Source: Candidatus Saccharimonadales bacterium
GTDB taxonomy: Bacteria > Patescibacteriota > Saccharimonadia > Saccharimonadales > JANWIN01
NCBI GenBank assembly: GCA_025449905.1
Contig: JANWIN010000004.1
Coordinates: forward strand, 24,656-88,655
Length of the DNA: 64,000 nucleotides
Reading direction: 5' to 3'
Of the stretch, positions 47,782-58,142 are shown piece after piece. Below the pieces are notes generated by a model that searched no databases, was not told the origin of the DNA, and saw nothing but the letters and a program-made list of their open reading frames with translations. The position numbers were made by a program, and so were the translations under genes. Positions within the stretch are counted from its first letter, which is position 1, and each line of letters opens with the position of its first letter.

Positions 47782-48639
47782 ATGGCCGGTAAATTTTCGG
47801 TTGAACAGCTGCAACTTAAGGCTGAAGCAATCCGCGAGGACATCATCCGCATGCTGGAACATGCTGGTAGCGGCCACAGTGCCGGACCGCTTGGTTTGGC
47901 CGATATTTTTACCGCGTTATATTTTGACATTTTGCAGCACGATCCTAAAAACCCAGACTGGGCGGAGCGTGATATGCTAGTGCTTTCAAATGGACACTGT
48001 GTGCCGGTGCGCTATGTGACCATGGCGCACGCTGGCTATTTTGATAAAGCCGAGCTTATGACTCTGCGCAAATTTGGCTCGCGTCTGCAAGGCCACCCGG
48101 AAAGATTAAAACTGCCGGGCATGGAAACTACCAGCGGGCCGCTGGGTAGCGGCATCAGCCAGGCGTCCGGCATGGCGCTGGGGTTGAAAATGGATAAAGC
48201 CAGCCACCGCTGGGTGTATGTGGTGACTAGCGACGGCGAGCTGGATGAAGGCAACTCGTGGGAGGGAGCCATGCTGGCGTCCAAATATAAACTCAATAAC
48301 CTAGTCGCCATAGTTGATAGAAATAACATCCAAATTGACGGCCCAACAGAAAACGTTATGCCACTCGAAGATTTAAAGGCCAAGTGGGAGGCTTTTGGCT
48401 GGCACGTTATTGAGATTGATGGCAACAACATAGAAGCTGTGATCGACGGCTGCGCCATGGCTCGAGCGATTGTTGAAAAACCATCCGTTATTTTGGCGCA
48501 CACAGTGCCGGGTAAGGGCGTGGACTTTATGGAGTACGACTTTCATTGGCATGGCAAACCGCCTAATCACGAAGAGGCTAAAAAGGCCTTGCATGAACTG
48601 CGAACATTGAAGGGCAAAATAAAAGGTGAGCATGAGTAA
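47782..48639 (+). CDS. transketolase, N-terminal subunit (TPP-binding)
   Basis: GHSAGPLGLADIF ... GPLGSGISQASGMAL ... DGELDEGNSWE. Confidence 0.85.
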   Translation: MAGKFSVEQLQLKAEAIREDIIRMLEHAGSGHSAGPLGLADIFTALYFDILQHDPKNPDWAERDMLVLSNGHCVPVRYVTMAHAGYFDKAELMTLRKFGSRLQGHPERLKLPGMETTSGPLGSGISQASGMALGLKMDKASHRWVYVVTSDGELDEGNSWEGAMLASKYKLNNLVAIVDRNNIQIDGPTENVMPLEDLKAKWEAFGWHVIEIDGNNIEAVIDGCAMARAIVEKPSVILAHTVPGKGVDFMEYDFHWHGKPPNHEEAKKALHELRTLKGKIKGEHE

Positions 48640-49603
48640 TCATTTTATAGTCAATATTGATGCCAAGCTGGAGGAAGAGCCAATCCGCAAGGGTTTTGGT
48701 CGCGGTCTGCTGGAGGCGGGCAAGCAAAACGACAAAGTTGTGGCGCTCTGTGCCGATTTGACCGATTCAACCCAAATGAGCTTGTTTAAAGAAGCTTTTC
48801 CGGACCGCTTTGTTGAAGTTGGGGTGGCTGAGCAAAATTTGGTAACTGTTGGTTCAGGTCTGGCCGCTACCGGTAAGATGCCGTTTGTATCATCTTACGC
48901 AGCGTTTAGCCCGGGACGCAACTGGGAGCAAATCCGCACCACAATTTGTTTAAATGATCGTCCGGTTAAGATTATCGGCTCACACGCCGGTGTATCAGTT
49001 GGTGCTGATGGCGCCACTCACCAAATGCTGGAAGACATCGCTCTAATGCGTGTTCTGCCCAACATGACTGTCATAGCTCCTTGCGATAGTGTTGAGGCCG
49101 AAAAGGCTACCATTGCTTTGGCTAGTTATAAAAAGCCAGCTTATATGCGTCTGGCCCGGGAAGCCACACCAGTTATTACGACTGTTAAAACGCCGTTCGA
49201 GATTGGCAAAGCCTACGTTTTTGCTGAAGGTAAAGATGTCAGTCTTATTACCACAGGCACTATGACTTATCAGGCGCTGGCAGCAATTGAGCCATTGTTT
49301 AAACAGGGTATCAGCGCCGAAGTTGTGCACGTGCCGACTATCAAACCCTTAGATGAAAAGGCAATTTTAGCCAGTGTGAGCAAAACCCGTCGGGTTGTTA
49401 CTGCTGAAGAAGGCCAGGCGGTTGGCGGTTTAGGTGGTGCCATCGCTGAGCTTTTGAGTGAACATGATCCGGTGCCAATTAAACGCATTGGTATGCGGGA
49501 CCGCTTTGGCGAATCTGGCGAGCCAGCTGAACTCCTAAAGCATTTTGGCCTGACCGCCAAGCAAATTGCCCTAGCTGCCTATCAAGTTGTGGAGAAAACC
49601 TAA
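48626..49603 (+). CDS. transketolase, C-terminal subunit (pyrimidine-binding plus C-terminal domain)
   Basis: RKGFGRGLLEAG ... VGVAEQNLV ... FSPGRNWEQIR; overlaps the N-terminal-subunit gene. Confidence 0.85.
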   Translation: MSMSNHFIVNIDAKLEEEPIRKGFGRGLLEAGKQNDKVVALCADLTDSTQMSLFKEAFPDRFVEVGVAEQNLVTVGSGLAATGKMPFVSSYAAFSPGRNWEQIRTTICLNDRPVKIIGSHAGVSVGADGATHQMLEDIALMRVLPNMTVIAPCDSVEAEKATIALASYKKPAYMRLAREATPVITTVKTPFEIGKAYVFAEGKDVSLITTGTMTYQALAAIEPLFKQGISAEVVHVPTIKPLDEKAILASVSKTRRVVTAEEGQAVGGLGGAIAELLSEHDPVPIKRIGMRDRFGESGEPAELLKHFGLTAKQIALAAYQVVEKT

Positions 49604-50511
49604 TGACAACCTTAGAGGAAATTAAGAAAAATAATCAAAAAGCTCGGGTTGCGATGACTAGGGCGCGCAAAGGCCATTATGCATTGGGAGCGTTTAACCT
49701 GGATAACCAGGAAACCCTAAAAGCTGTTTGTTTAGCGGCCAAAGCCAAGAATGCACCAGTTTTAGTTGAAGTTAGCCACGGCGAGGTTGAAGCTATAGGG
49801 CTAGAGAATGTTCGCGATATGGTTGATAACTATAAAGATGAATACAAAATTGAAATGTACATAAATCTTGATCACTCGCCATCAGTTGAAGCCGCTAAGG
49901 CTGGCATAGACGCCGGCTTTGAGTTCATTCATATTGATATCTCCCAGGCTGACCATGATGCAACGGAAGCTCAAATAATAGATAAAACTAAGGAAGTTGT
50001 TAAATATGCCAAGAAAACTGGCGCGCTGGTGGAGAGCGAGCCGCACTATTTTGGCGGCGGTTCCAATGTTTTTAAAGAGAAGTTTGATTACGATGAAATA
50101 AAGAAAACTTTCTCGAGTCCGAAAGATGCTAAAGCCTTTGTAGAAGCCACTGGCATTGATACTTACGCGGCGGCGGTTGGTAACCTGCATGGCCATTATC
50201 CGGCGCCTAAAGTCCTTGATTTAGAGCTGTTGCAGCAGGTCAGAGATGCCGTTGATTGCAATGTTTCGTTGCACGGTGGCAGCGGTACTCCGGGCCACTA
50301 CTTTAAATCAGCGGTAAAAATTGGTGTTACTAAAATAAATATTAATACTGATATGCGCATCGCCTACCGCAAAACCCTAGAAGAAGAGCTAAAAGCTAAT
50401 CCTGACGAGTTTGCGGTGGTAAAACTGATGGATAAAGTTATCGAAGCCGTTCAAAAAGTTGTTGAGTCAAAAATTGATATGTTCAATGCCGAAGGTAAAG
50501 CCAAGCCCTAA
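49603..50511 (+). CDS. fba: class II fructose-bisphosphate aldolase
   Basis: GAFNLDNQE; NLDHSPS; LHGGSGTP; metal-binding His pattern. Confidence 0.85.
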   Translation: MTTLEEIKKNNQKARVAMTRARKGHYALGAFNLDNQETLKAVCLAAKAKNAPVLVEVSHGEVEAIGLENVRDMVDNYKDEYKIEMYINLDHSPSVEAAKAGIDAGFEFIHIDISQADHDATEAQIIDKTKEVVKYAKKTGALVESEPHYFGGGSNVFKEKFDYDEIKKTFSSPKDAKAFVEATGIDTYAAAVGNLHGHYPAPKVLDLELLQQVRDAVDCNVSLHGGSGTPGHYFKSAVKIGVTKININTDMRIAYRKTLEEELKANPDEFAVVKLMDKVIEAVQKVVESKIDMFNAEGKAKP

Positions 50512-50536
50512 CAGGGTATGATAAACTTAAGCGTAA

Positions 50537-51538
50537 ATGAGCCAGATTGATGTCTTAAGCGTCGGTGATGTCGTAACAGATGCTTTTATAAAATTGCAGG
50601 ACGACCAGGCTTATGTGCAGGAAAACGACCATGGCAAATGGCTGACCATGCAGTTTGCCACAAAGTTGCCGTTTGACCACGTCGAAATCGTTGAAGGCGT
50701 TGGTAATGCCGGCAATGCGGCGGTCGGTTTTGCCCGGCTGGGCCTAAAAACCGGTTTTGTGACTAATGTTGGCGGCGATCAATACGGCCGCGATATTATC
50801 AACTCGCACCACACCAATGGTGTAGACACGCGCTTTATTCACATCAATCCCGATAAAAAGAGCAATTACCACTACGTGCTTTGGTATAAAGAAGAGCGCA
50901 CCATTTTAATTAAGCATGAAGATTATGAGTATCATTGGCCGCACCTGCGTCCAGATGAAATCCCCAAATGGATTTATTTTAGTTCGATTAGCAAGAACGC
51001 TTTGCCATTTCATGACGATTTAGCGGAGTGGCTGGAACAGCACGAAGATGTTAAACTGGCGCTGCAACCAGGCACTTTTCAAATAGAAGCCGGCGCTGAA
51101 CGCTTAAGCCGACTGTATCGCCGCTGTGAAGTATTGCTTGTTAACCGCGAGGAAGCGGTCAAAGTTGGCGGTGGTAAGCATGAGGATATCAACGACTTAT
51201 TTACAAAGCTGCACGCTCTAGGCCCGCGAATCGTAGTTATTACTGATGGTCCGGACGGAGCCTATGCCAGCTCACCGGAGGGCAAGCTTAAAATGCCGGC
51301 CTACCCAGACCCCAAACCGCCATATGAGCGAACCGGCGCAGGCGATGCTTTTTCACTGACATTTGTAGCCGCTCTGGCCAAAGGCAATAACATTCAGGGC
51401 GCCTTACAGTGGGCGCCAATTAACTCAATGAATGTTGTGCAATCGGTTGGCGCCCAAAAGGGTTTATTAAACGAGCAGCAAATTACCGAGCTGCTAAAAG
51501 ATGCTCCCGAGTGGTATAAGTCTGCACCACTGGCCTAA
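50537..51538 (+). CDS. PfkB family carbohydrate/sugar-phosphate kinase
   Basis: N-terminal GxGNAG-like VGNAGNAAVG; C-terminal TGAGDAFSLTFVAALA anion-hole motif. Confidence 0.75.
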   Translation: MSQIDVLSVGDVVTDAFIKLQDDQAYVQENDHGKWLTMQFATKLPFDHVEIVEGVGNAGNAAVGFARLGLKTGFVTNVGGDQYGRDIINSHHTNGVDTRFIHINPDKKSNYHYVLWYKEERTILIKHEDYEYHWPHLRPDEIPKWIYFSSISKNALPFHDDLAEWLEQHEDVKLALQPGTFQIEAGAERLSRLYRRCEVLLVNREEAVKVGGGKHEDINDLFTKLHALGPRIVVITDGPDGAYASSPEGKLKMPAYPDPKPPYERTGAGDAFSLTFVAALAKGNNIQGALQWAPINSMNVVQSVGAQKGLLNEQQITELLKDAPEWYKSAPLA

Positions 51539-51570
51539 GCTAAGCCGCTCATGCTAATCTAAAAGCAACT

Positions 51571-52818
51571 ATGAGCAGGATGTTATCCGAACTTCTCGGG
51601 GTTGCCGAGCCTAACTTAACTAGAATAATCAGAGGCTTGGAAGTGGCCAGTGGCCACCCCAATATTGATGTGCGTTTAACAGCCGAAGTGATTGGTTTGG
51701 CGCGGTTGAAAGTCAGGGAAATGGGACTAGATGTTGATGATACTAGCGGGCGAGAACTTTATCATAGCTTACAACAAATGATAGCCAAGCATGATGAGTT
51801 TTTAGCCGAACACTTAGAGGCCAAGTCTGACGGTGAAGTTAACTTGATAGGTTTAAAGAAGACCATTGATAAGCTAGATTTGCCCAGAGGCTGCTGGACG
51901 CTTAAAAATTCCGCCGCCAAAAGATTACTTAAAACTTCTCCGCCCAAGCAAGCTATGAAAAAGCTTGGCTACAAGTCGATAGATTCAATGCTCAAGCGTG
52001 AACCGCCGGCCAATATCTATCTAGCCATTCAGTTGGCCGAGTCGGGTATGTGGCAACAAAAATTTATCAAAAGCTATAAAGGTTTAAGCCCTAGCGACTT
52101 TACTAAAAGTGAAGTCAAAGTCCTGATTGTTAACGAAGACCACCTACTAGCTACTAGCCGTGATTATGTCAGACGTCACCGCCACAATATTGTTAGCCTT
52201 AAAGAATTTGGCATTATTGCACTGTTGCCATTACCAACCAAGTCTTTACCGGGCGCACATTTAACAATCCTAACGATGCTTATCAGCGCTCTTAATGATA
52301 TGCGGGCCCATAGTACTTATCTCAAACTCCAGCAGGTCAAGCCCAACTTTGGCGCTTTGGTCAGCAAGACCTTGCAGGGCCAGCCAGTTGGTCTGACAGT
52401 TGCTGGCCAGCACTTGCCATGGCGAATAATTCAGCAATACCTTAGTCGCCTGGAGATCATTCATCATCCGGATATTTTTGGTCCGCACGTCCAACCCGAG
52501 GATGTCGCTTGGCATAAACCCGAGGAGGTTCTGTTTCGTTTGGAGCCAGCCTTAAAGTTTTGGGAAAATGTTGATTTTGTCGGTGCACTTTATAAAGACC
52601 AGCCAGTATCGTTTAATCTTATGGATAGCGCACTTAGTTATTGCAACTCTTTGGCTTATACCAATCAAGCAACTCACTACTTCCGCGATAGCTTACTTAC
52701 CGAGCTTTACTTACGCTATTTACTGGAGACGCCACTGGGCGAGCGGGCACTTAATAAGCTGGATGATGGGCTGGTCGGTGAGCATGTTGATTTATTTGAG
52801 GGGGTAGAAGTTGGCTAA
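51571..52818 (+). CDS. hypothetical protein
   Basis: 415-aa ORF in the same operon as pfkB; no motif recognised. Confidence 0.5.
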   Translation: MSRMLSELLGVAEPNLTRIIRGLEVASGHPNIDVRLTAEVIGLARLKVREMGLDVDDTSGRELYHSLQQMIAKHDEFLAEHLEAKSDGEVNLIGLKKTIDKLDLPRGCWTLKNSAAKRLLKTSPPKQAMKKLGYKSIDSMLKREPPANIYLAIQLAESGMWQQKFIKSYKGLSPSDFTKSEVKVLIVNEDHLLATSRDYVRRHRHNIVSLKEFGIIALLPLPTKSLPGAHLTILTMLISALNDMRAHSTYLKLQQVKPNFGALVSKTLQGQPVGLTVAGQHLPWRIIQQYLSRLEIIHHPDIFGPHVQPEDVAWHKPEEVLFRLEPALKFWENVDFVGALYKDQPVSFNLMDSALSYCNSLAYTNQATHYFRDSLLTELYLRYLLETPLGERALNKLDDGLVGEHVDLFEGVEVG

Positions 52819-53380
52819 GTACCAAATTTGCATATCAGGGTCGCACACCGGCAAAAGTGTTGAATCCGGTAAGATTTTAGCCCAAGAATTAGGGCGAGCC
52901 GTAGCTAAGGGCGGGCATACCTTACTGACCGGCGCCACTATAGGACTACCTCATTTGGCCTCCGAAGCTTATAAAAAAGCTGGCGGTGAATTCAGTATTG
53001 GTATTAGTCCGGCTTCCTCTAAGGTCGAGCACGTTATGAAATATCGCTTGCCGGTGGAGACCTATGATGCTGTGCTTTACAGTGGAATGCACTATGCTGG
53101 CCGCGATGCCTTTTTAATTAATTCCAGCGATGCGGTCTTGAGCGTTGGCGGGCGGATGGGAACGTTTCATGAATTTGCCATCGCTGTTGAAACTGATACG
53201 CCAATTGGCTTTTTGCGCGGCGCTGGAGGCGTAAGCGATGAAATAAAAAATGTGCTAGAAGCGACTGGCGAGGGCAGCAACAAGCACGTCGTTTTTGCCG
53301 ACAGCGCCGAAGAACTTTTAAAAAAGATTGAGCACATACTAGATACTGATTTTGCCAAGTACCGCGACATCTATAAATAA
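52811..53380 (+). CDS. TIGR00725/LOG-like (SLOG) Rossmann-fold protein
   Basis: YQICISGSHTGKS ... GATIGLPHLASEAYKKAGG ... GGRMGTFHEFAIA pattern of LOG/DprA-like Rossmann proteins. Confidence 0.6.
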   Translation: MAKYQICISGSHTGKSVESGKILAQELGRAVAKGGHTLLTGATIGLPHLASEAYKKAGGEFSIGISPASSKVEHVMKYRLPVETYDAVLYSGMHYAGRDAFLINSSDAVLSVGGRMGTFHEFAIAVETDTPIGFLRGAGGVSDEIKNVLEATGEGSNKHVVFADSAEELLKKIEHILDTDFAKYRDIYK

Positions 53381-53449
53381 CTTGAATAATGTTCGTTTTT
53401 AGCGTATAAACTTAAGCAGTTTAGATACTAACCTACAAAGGAAATAAAA

Positions 53450-54070
53450 ATGAAAAAAATCAACACTCGCGGCCCTGTCCAGCTAGTTGGTGGCCAACAG
53501 GCTGGGTTCACCGCCGTTGAAGGCCTCTTGATTCTAGTAGTCGTCGGCATTATTGGCGGTGTTGGCTGGTTTGTTTTTAAGTCTAAAGATGACACCAACA
53601 AGACCTATGATAACTCAGCAAATTCATACACCAACCAAACCGCTAAAACCACAGAGTCTACTACTATGTGTGAAGCATCTGAAGAAGGTATGTTGCACAT
53701 TCATGAGCTTGGGATACAGCTTAAACTAGATGCCAAGGTTCTAGACGCGACTTGCGCTAAGATTAAAGACTATGACAGTCACTATCCAATAGGTTTATCT
53801 ACCAAAGCTTTAGAGAAATACGATGCTAACTGTAAGGCAGAGATGGGAAGCGTGGCGCAAATTGTAGTTTTTACAAACCCAAATGGCACTGATGCTAGTG
53901 TTGCTAACGGAACAAACATTGAGAATTTTCCAGATGCAATAAAGGTAGGTAATAAATACTACGCCATCTTTAATATTGGTCATCAATCGCCTTGTGGGAA
54001 AGAGTTTATAGAAGCTCAACATGAAGCTCTTGAAGGCTTTGAAAAAAGCGAAATAGAAAAAATGGAATAA
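53450..54070 (+). CDS. type IV pilin-like protein (prepilin-type N-terminal cleavage/methylation domain), paralogue 1
   Basis: Leader ...QQAG|FTAVEGLLILVVVGIIGGVGWFVF (Gly-1, Phe+1, Glu+5, hydrophobic helix); Cys pair in the C-terminal domain. Confidence 0.75.
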   Translation: MKKINTRGPVQLVGGQQAGFTAVEGLLILVVVGIIGGVGWFVFKSKDDTNKTYDNSANSYTNQTAKTTESTTMCEASEEGMLHIHELGIQLKLDAKVLDATCAKIKDYDSHYPIGLSTKALEKYDANCKAEMGSVAQIVVFTNPNGTDASVANGTNIENFPDAIKVGNKYYAIFNIGHQSPCGKEFIEAQHEALEGFEKSEIEKME

Positions 54071-54075
54071 GTCTG

Positions 54076-54765
54076 ATGAAAAAACTATCACAAAACGGAC
54101 CTGCCCAGCCAGTTGGAAATCAACAGGCTGGGTTTACGGTAATCGAAGGGTTACTAATCTTGGTAGTTGTCGGAATTATAGGCGGAGTTGGTTGGTTTGT
54201 GTTGAAATCTAAGAACGATTCTGAAAATACGCCTAAAGTTCAGACTGATCCTGAGTACATACCTAATGTTACGCAAAATAAAGTTGATCCTTATGCCCGG
54301 TGGAAGACCTACCACAATGATAAATATGGTTTCAGCATAAAGTACCCAGAGGGCTGGAAAACAATTGACATGAATCAGAATGATATTATTGGATTTGCAT
54401 CCGCAGACATAAAGTTTCCTAATGCTGAAGAAGGCCAGCTTAACCTTAATCCGCTAAGAGGTTCATGGCTTGAATTGTATGCCGGCAAAAACGTTGCCCA
54501 TGAAGACGGCTCAAAAGATTCCTACGAGTCAGATTTAAAAACCAACTCTGAAGCAGTAAAGGCCTTTAGCGGCAATTACAAGACAATAAAGATAGACGGA
54601 TACAACGCAATCTGGAGTACCATTTCACCAGAAGGAAGCTATATTGAAGCGAATACTTACGCTAATAATAATTACTATCTTTTTAGGTTTAATGTGCCGG
54701 ATGAAGAAAATAAAAAATCACAAGATTTGTTTAAAAAAATCCTAGCAAGTGTGGACTTAGAATGA
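54076..54765 (+). CDS. type IV pilin-like protein, paralogue 2
   Basis: MKKLSQNGPAQPVGNQQAG|FTVIEGLLILVVVGIIGGVGWFVL. Confidence 0.75.
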   Translation: MKKLSQNGPAQPVGNQQAGFTVIEGLLILVVVGIIGGVGWFVLKSKNDSENTPKVQTDPEYIPNVTQNKVDPYARWKTYHNDKYGFSIKYPEGWKTIDMNQNDIIGFASADIKFPNAEEGQLNLNPLRGSWLELYAGKNVAHEDGSKDSYESDLKTNSEAVKAFSGNYKTIKIDGYNAIWSTISPEGSYIEANTYANNNYYLFRFNVPDEENKKSQDLFKKILASVDLE

Positions 54766-55424
54766 AAAAGCTATCACAAAACGGGTTTACGGCAGTAGAA
54801 GGTCTCTTGATTTTGGTAATTGTTGGGATTATCGGCGGCGTAGGTTGGTTTGTCTGGAACAATAGATCAGCTGGAGTGAAGCCAGCGGCCGACAAAAGCT
54901 CGCAGTCAATTAAAGCTGTTTCTGCAAAAGATACCACGAAGACTTTCTCTTATTCCTATCCGAGCAGTTGGAAGCTACAAAAATTTGTTTGGCAAGATTG
55001 CTGTGAAGGACCACCTAAAAGTGAGCCAGATTGGAATAAAACCTCACAAACGATAACACTACAGAATAAAAGCAATGATAAAGCAGAAATCATTATTAAT
55101 GGCTTTACGAACTTTCCTGATTCGGTTGACAGAGAAATCGAGTCAGAAATAGAGTCAATTGATAAAGACCAATTCAATACATATTCAAAGGTTACCATCA
55201 ATGGCTACAAAGGGATTAAGCATGTGCTTGATTTCGTCGGCCCGAGTGACGCAGAAAAGTACAAGGATACAACCTACATAATTTTTCATGGAAATGATAA
55301 GGTCAATCTTTACTTTAGGGAACGATATAGCAACGCAACACTAAATGGTGAGAATGATTTTGATGCAACAAACTTATATTCCGATTTTGAAACTATTGTA
55401 AACTCAATTAAATTTAATAGCTGA
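54762..55424 (+). CDS. type IV pilin-like protein, paralogue 3
   Basis: MKKLSQNG|FTAVEGLLILVIVGIIGGVGWFVW; CC pair in the C-terminal domain. Confidence 0.75.
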   Translation: MKKLSQNGFTAVEGLLILVIVGIIGGVGWFVWNNRSAGVKPAADKSSQSIKAVSAKDTTKTFSYSYPSSWKLQKFVWQDCCEGPPKSEPDWNKTSQTITLQNKSNDKAEIIINGFTNFPDSVDREIESEIESIDKDQFNTYSKVTINGYKGIKHVLDFVGPSDAEKYKDTTYIIFHGNDKVNLYFRERYSNATLNGENDFDATNLYSDFETIVNSIKFNS

Positions 55425-56161
55425 TGATGAAAAAACTATCACAAAAAGGATTTACAGTTATCGAAGGCCTATTGATTTTACTAATTGTCGGGATCATTGG
55501 TGGCGTCGGTTGGCATGTTCATAAGACAAAAGATGATACTAGCAATACTTATGACAATTCTGTTAATACAGGCGAACCAAGCAAAAACACCATAGATTCT
55601 TTCGAGGAATGCAAAAAAGCCGGAAATCCGATCCAAGAAAGCTATCCTGAAAGATGTAGTGCTGGGAGTAAAAGCTTCACAAACATAGCTCAAGAATCCA
55701 AAGATTGGCTGCAATATGTTGCCAAGGATGGGACATACAAAGTTAAACTCAACGATGGTTGGGTTATAGACAAGCTTAAATCTTCAGACATTTTACTAAC
55801 TTTTAATAACGAAAACCTAAAACCTAAAGCAGGCAATCGGGCACTGGTAAAAACCGTAAGTGACGGACCCGGTGAATATTACGACAGTATTCTATTTATA
55901 AAAGTAGAAAATGATCGCTTTTCAACTGATAGCTCTACAGAGACTCCAGTCTTTAATACGTTGAGCGGCATAAAAGTCTACAGAACCAAAAGCGTTGAGG
56001 ATAACGATGGCCAACCTTTACCGAAAGGTACAAAAAGGTATTACTACGCAATTGGTCACAAAAATAAAACTTTCACAGTACTTTACAGTGTTCAACCGGG
56101 TGAGACAGACTACCATGAAGAAGTAGAAAAGGTAGTACAGACCGTAGAACTCACATACTAA
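55424..56161 (+). CDS. type IV pilin-like protein, paralogue 4
   Basis: MMKKLSQKG|FTVIEGLLILLIVGIIGGVGWHVH; C-terminal domain with a Cys pair. Confidence 0.75.
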   Translation: MMKKLSQKGFTVIEGLLILLIVGIIGGVGWHVHKTKDDTSNTYDNSVNTGEPSKNTIDSFEECKKAGNPIQESYPERCSAGSKSFTNIAQESKDWLQYVAKDGTYKVKLNDGWVIDKLKSSDILLTFNNENLKPKAGNRALVKTVSDGPGEYYDSILFIKVENDRFSTDSSTETPVFNTLSGIKVYRTKSVEDNDGQPLPKGTKRYYYAIGHKNKTFTVLYSVQPGETDYHEEVEKVVQTVELTY

Positions 56162-56180
56162 TCGTTGTTACAATTAAAGG

Positions 56181-58142
56181 ATGGCTTTCCATCTTAAAAG
56201 CGAATATAAGCCTACCGGTGATCAGCCGGCGGCTATTGCGGCATTGACTGCAGGGCTCGAGAAGAACACTAAAGAGCAGACACTTTTAGGTGTAACCGGC
56301 TCCGGCAAGACTTTTACGATGGCCAATGTCATCCAAAACGCTCAAAAACCGACGCTGGTGCTCAGCCACAATAAAACCCTGGCCGCCCAGCTGTACAGCG
56401 AGTTCAAGCGCTTTTTCCCGGATAATCCGGTTCATTACTTTGTTAGTTACTTCGATTATTACCAGCCGGAGGCTTACATTCCGCGCTCTGATACTTATAT
56501 AGAAAAAGACAGCCAGATAAATGAAGAAATTGACCGGCTGCGCCACGCTGCCACCGATGCGCTATTAACCCGCCGCGACGTGATTATTGTGGCCAGCGTG
56601 AGTTGCATTTACGGTATTGGCTCGGTGGAAGATTACGGTGATATGGCGGTGAAGATTAAGAAAGGCGAGCGATGCCTGCGAGACAAACTGATGCGCCAAC
56701 TGACCGATATCCAGTACCGGCGCAATGATGTGGCTTTTGAGCGCGGCAACTTTAGGGTACGCGGCGATACGGTGGATATTTATCCGGCTGGCGAGGAAGA
56801 TGCTTACCGCGTCGAGTTTTTTGGCGATGAGGTAGAGCGCATGACCAAAATTGACCCGCTGACCGGCACAATCCTCGGCGAACCGCCAGAAGTTAGGATT
56901 TTCCCCAGTTCCCACTACGTCACACCGGAGGCTAAGCTTAAAGGAGCATTGGGTCAGATTCAAAAAGAATTAGGGGAGCGCCTGGCTTATTTTAAAAAGA
57001 ACAATTTATTATTAGAAGCTCAGCGTCTAGAGCAACGCACTAAGTTTGATCTGGAGATGATGGAAGAGACCGGTTTTGTTAAAGGTATAGAAAATTACTC
57101 AAGATATCTAACTAACCGTGAGCCGGGTGAACAGCCAGCCACGCTGCTGGACTATTTCCCGGATGATTACCTGATGTTTATAGACGAGTCGCATATGAGT
57201 ATTCCGCAGGTCCGCGGTATGTATAACGGCGACCGGGCTCGCAAGGAAGTCTTGGTAGAGCATGGTTTTCGCCTGCCCAGTGCGCTAGACAACCGGCCGC
57301 TGACCTTTACCGAATTTGAGCGGCATATGAATAAGGTGGTTTATGTCAGTGCCACGCCGGCCGACTATGAACTGTCGCGCAGCGCCAAGCCGGTTCAGCA
57401 GATTATCCGCCCGACCGGACTAATTGATCCCAAAATTGATATTCGGCCGATTGAGGGCCAGATTGATGATTTAATTGCTGAAATACGGGCGACGGTTGAA
57501 AAGCGCCAGCGAGTGCTGGTAACTACGCTAACTAAGCGGATGGCCGAAGATTTAACTGATTATCTAAAAGACGTCGATATTAAGGTCACTTATCTTCATA
57601 GTGATGTTGAGACACTGGAGCGGACTGATATTTTGCGTGACCTGCGCCTCGGGACTTATGACGTAGTAGTTGGTATTAATCTGCTGCGTGAGGGGCTGGA
57701 TTTGCCGGAAGTTAGCCTAGTGGCTATTTTGGATGCTGATAAAGAGGGGTTCCTGCGTAGTGAACAAGCCTTAATTCAAACTATTGGCCGGGCGGCGCGG
57801 CATATTGATGGGCGGGTGCTGATGTATGCCGATCATGAAACGGGCAGTATGAAGCGGGCTATTGGCGAGACTAACCGGCGCCGTAAGATTCAGGAAGAAT
57901 ATAACAAGGAGCATAAGATTACGCCTAAGGGCATTTCGACAAAGATTGAAAAAGGTTTACGTCCTGATTTACCGGAGGAGGCTAAGCGGGCCAAGCTGGA
58001 TCTTAAGAAGATTCCTAAGGATGAGTATGGGCACCTTATCAAGGATTTGACGGGGCAGATGGATTTGGCGGCCGCCAACCTTGAATTTGAAAAAGCTGCT
58101 GAGCTTAGGGACATTATTTCGGATATTAAAGCTAAAATGTAG
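56181..58142 (+). CDS. uvrB: excinuclease ABC subunit B
   Basis: [13 protein letters not shown] Walker A; DESH box; beta-hairpin; C-terminal UVR domain FEKAAELRD. Confidence 0.95.
   Translation: MAFHLKSEYKPTGDQPAAIAALTAGLEKNTKEQTLLGVTGSGKTFTMANVIQNAQKPTLVLSHNKTLAAQLYSEFKRFFPDNPVHYFVSYFDYYQPEAYIPRSDTYIEKDSQINEEIDRLRHAATDALLTRRDVIIVASVSCIYGIGSVEDYGDMAVKIKKGERCLRDKLMRQLTDIQYRRNDVAFERGNFRVRGDTVDIYPAGEEDAYRVEFFGDEVERMTKIDPLTGTILGEPPEVRIFPSSHYVTPEAKLKGALGQIQKELGERLAYFKKNNLLLEAQRLEQRTKFDLEMMEETGFVKGIENYSRYLTNREPGEQPATLLDYFPDDYLMFIDESHMSIPQVRGMYNGDRARKEVLVEHGFRLPSALDNRPLTFTEFERHMNKVVYVSATPADYELSRSAKPVQQIIRPTGLIDPKIDIRPIEGQIDDLIAEIRATVEKRQRVLVTTLTKRMAEDLTDYLKDVDIKVTYLHSDVETLERTDILRDLRLGTYDVVVGINLLREGLDLPEVSLVAILDADKEGFLRSEQALIQTIGRAARHIDGRVLMYADHETGSMKRAIGETNRRRKIQEEYNKEHKITPKGISTKIEKGLRPDLPEEAKRAKLDLKKIPKDEYGHLIKDLTGQMDLAAANLEFEKAAELRDIISDIKAKM

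Noticed and set aside
53450-56161. Regularly spaced near-identical about 130-bp segments that could be mistaken for a CRISPR-like or tandem DNA repeat
   Set aside because: The repeats are the in-frame 5' coding modules of four pilin-like genes spaced by 620-740 bp of unique coding sequence. No short direct repeats or spacers and no cas genes are present.
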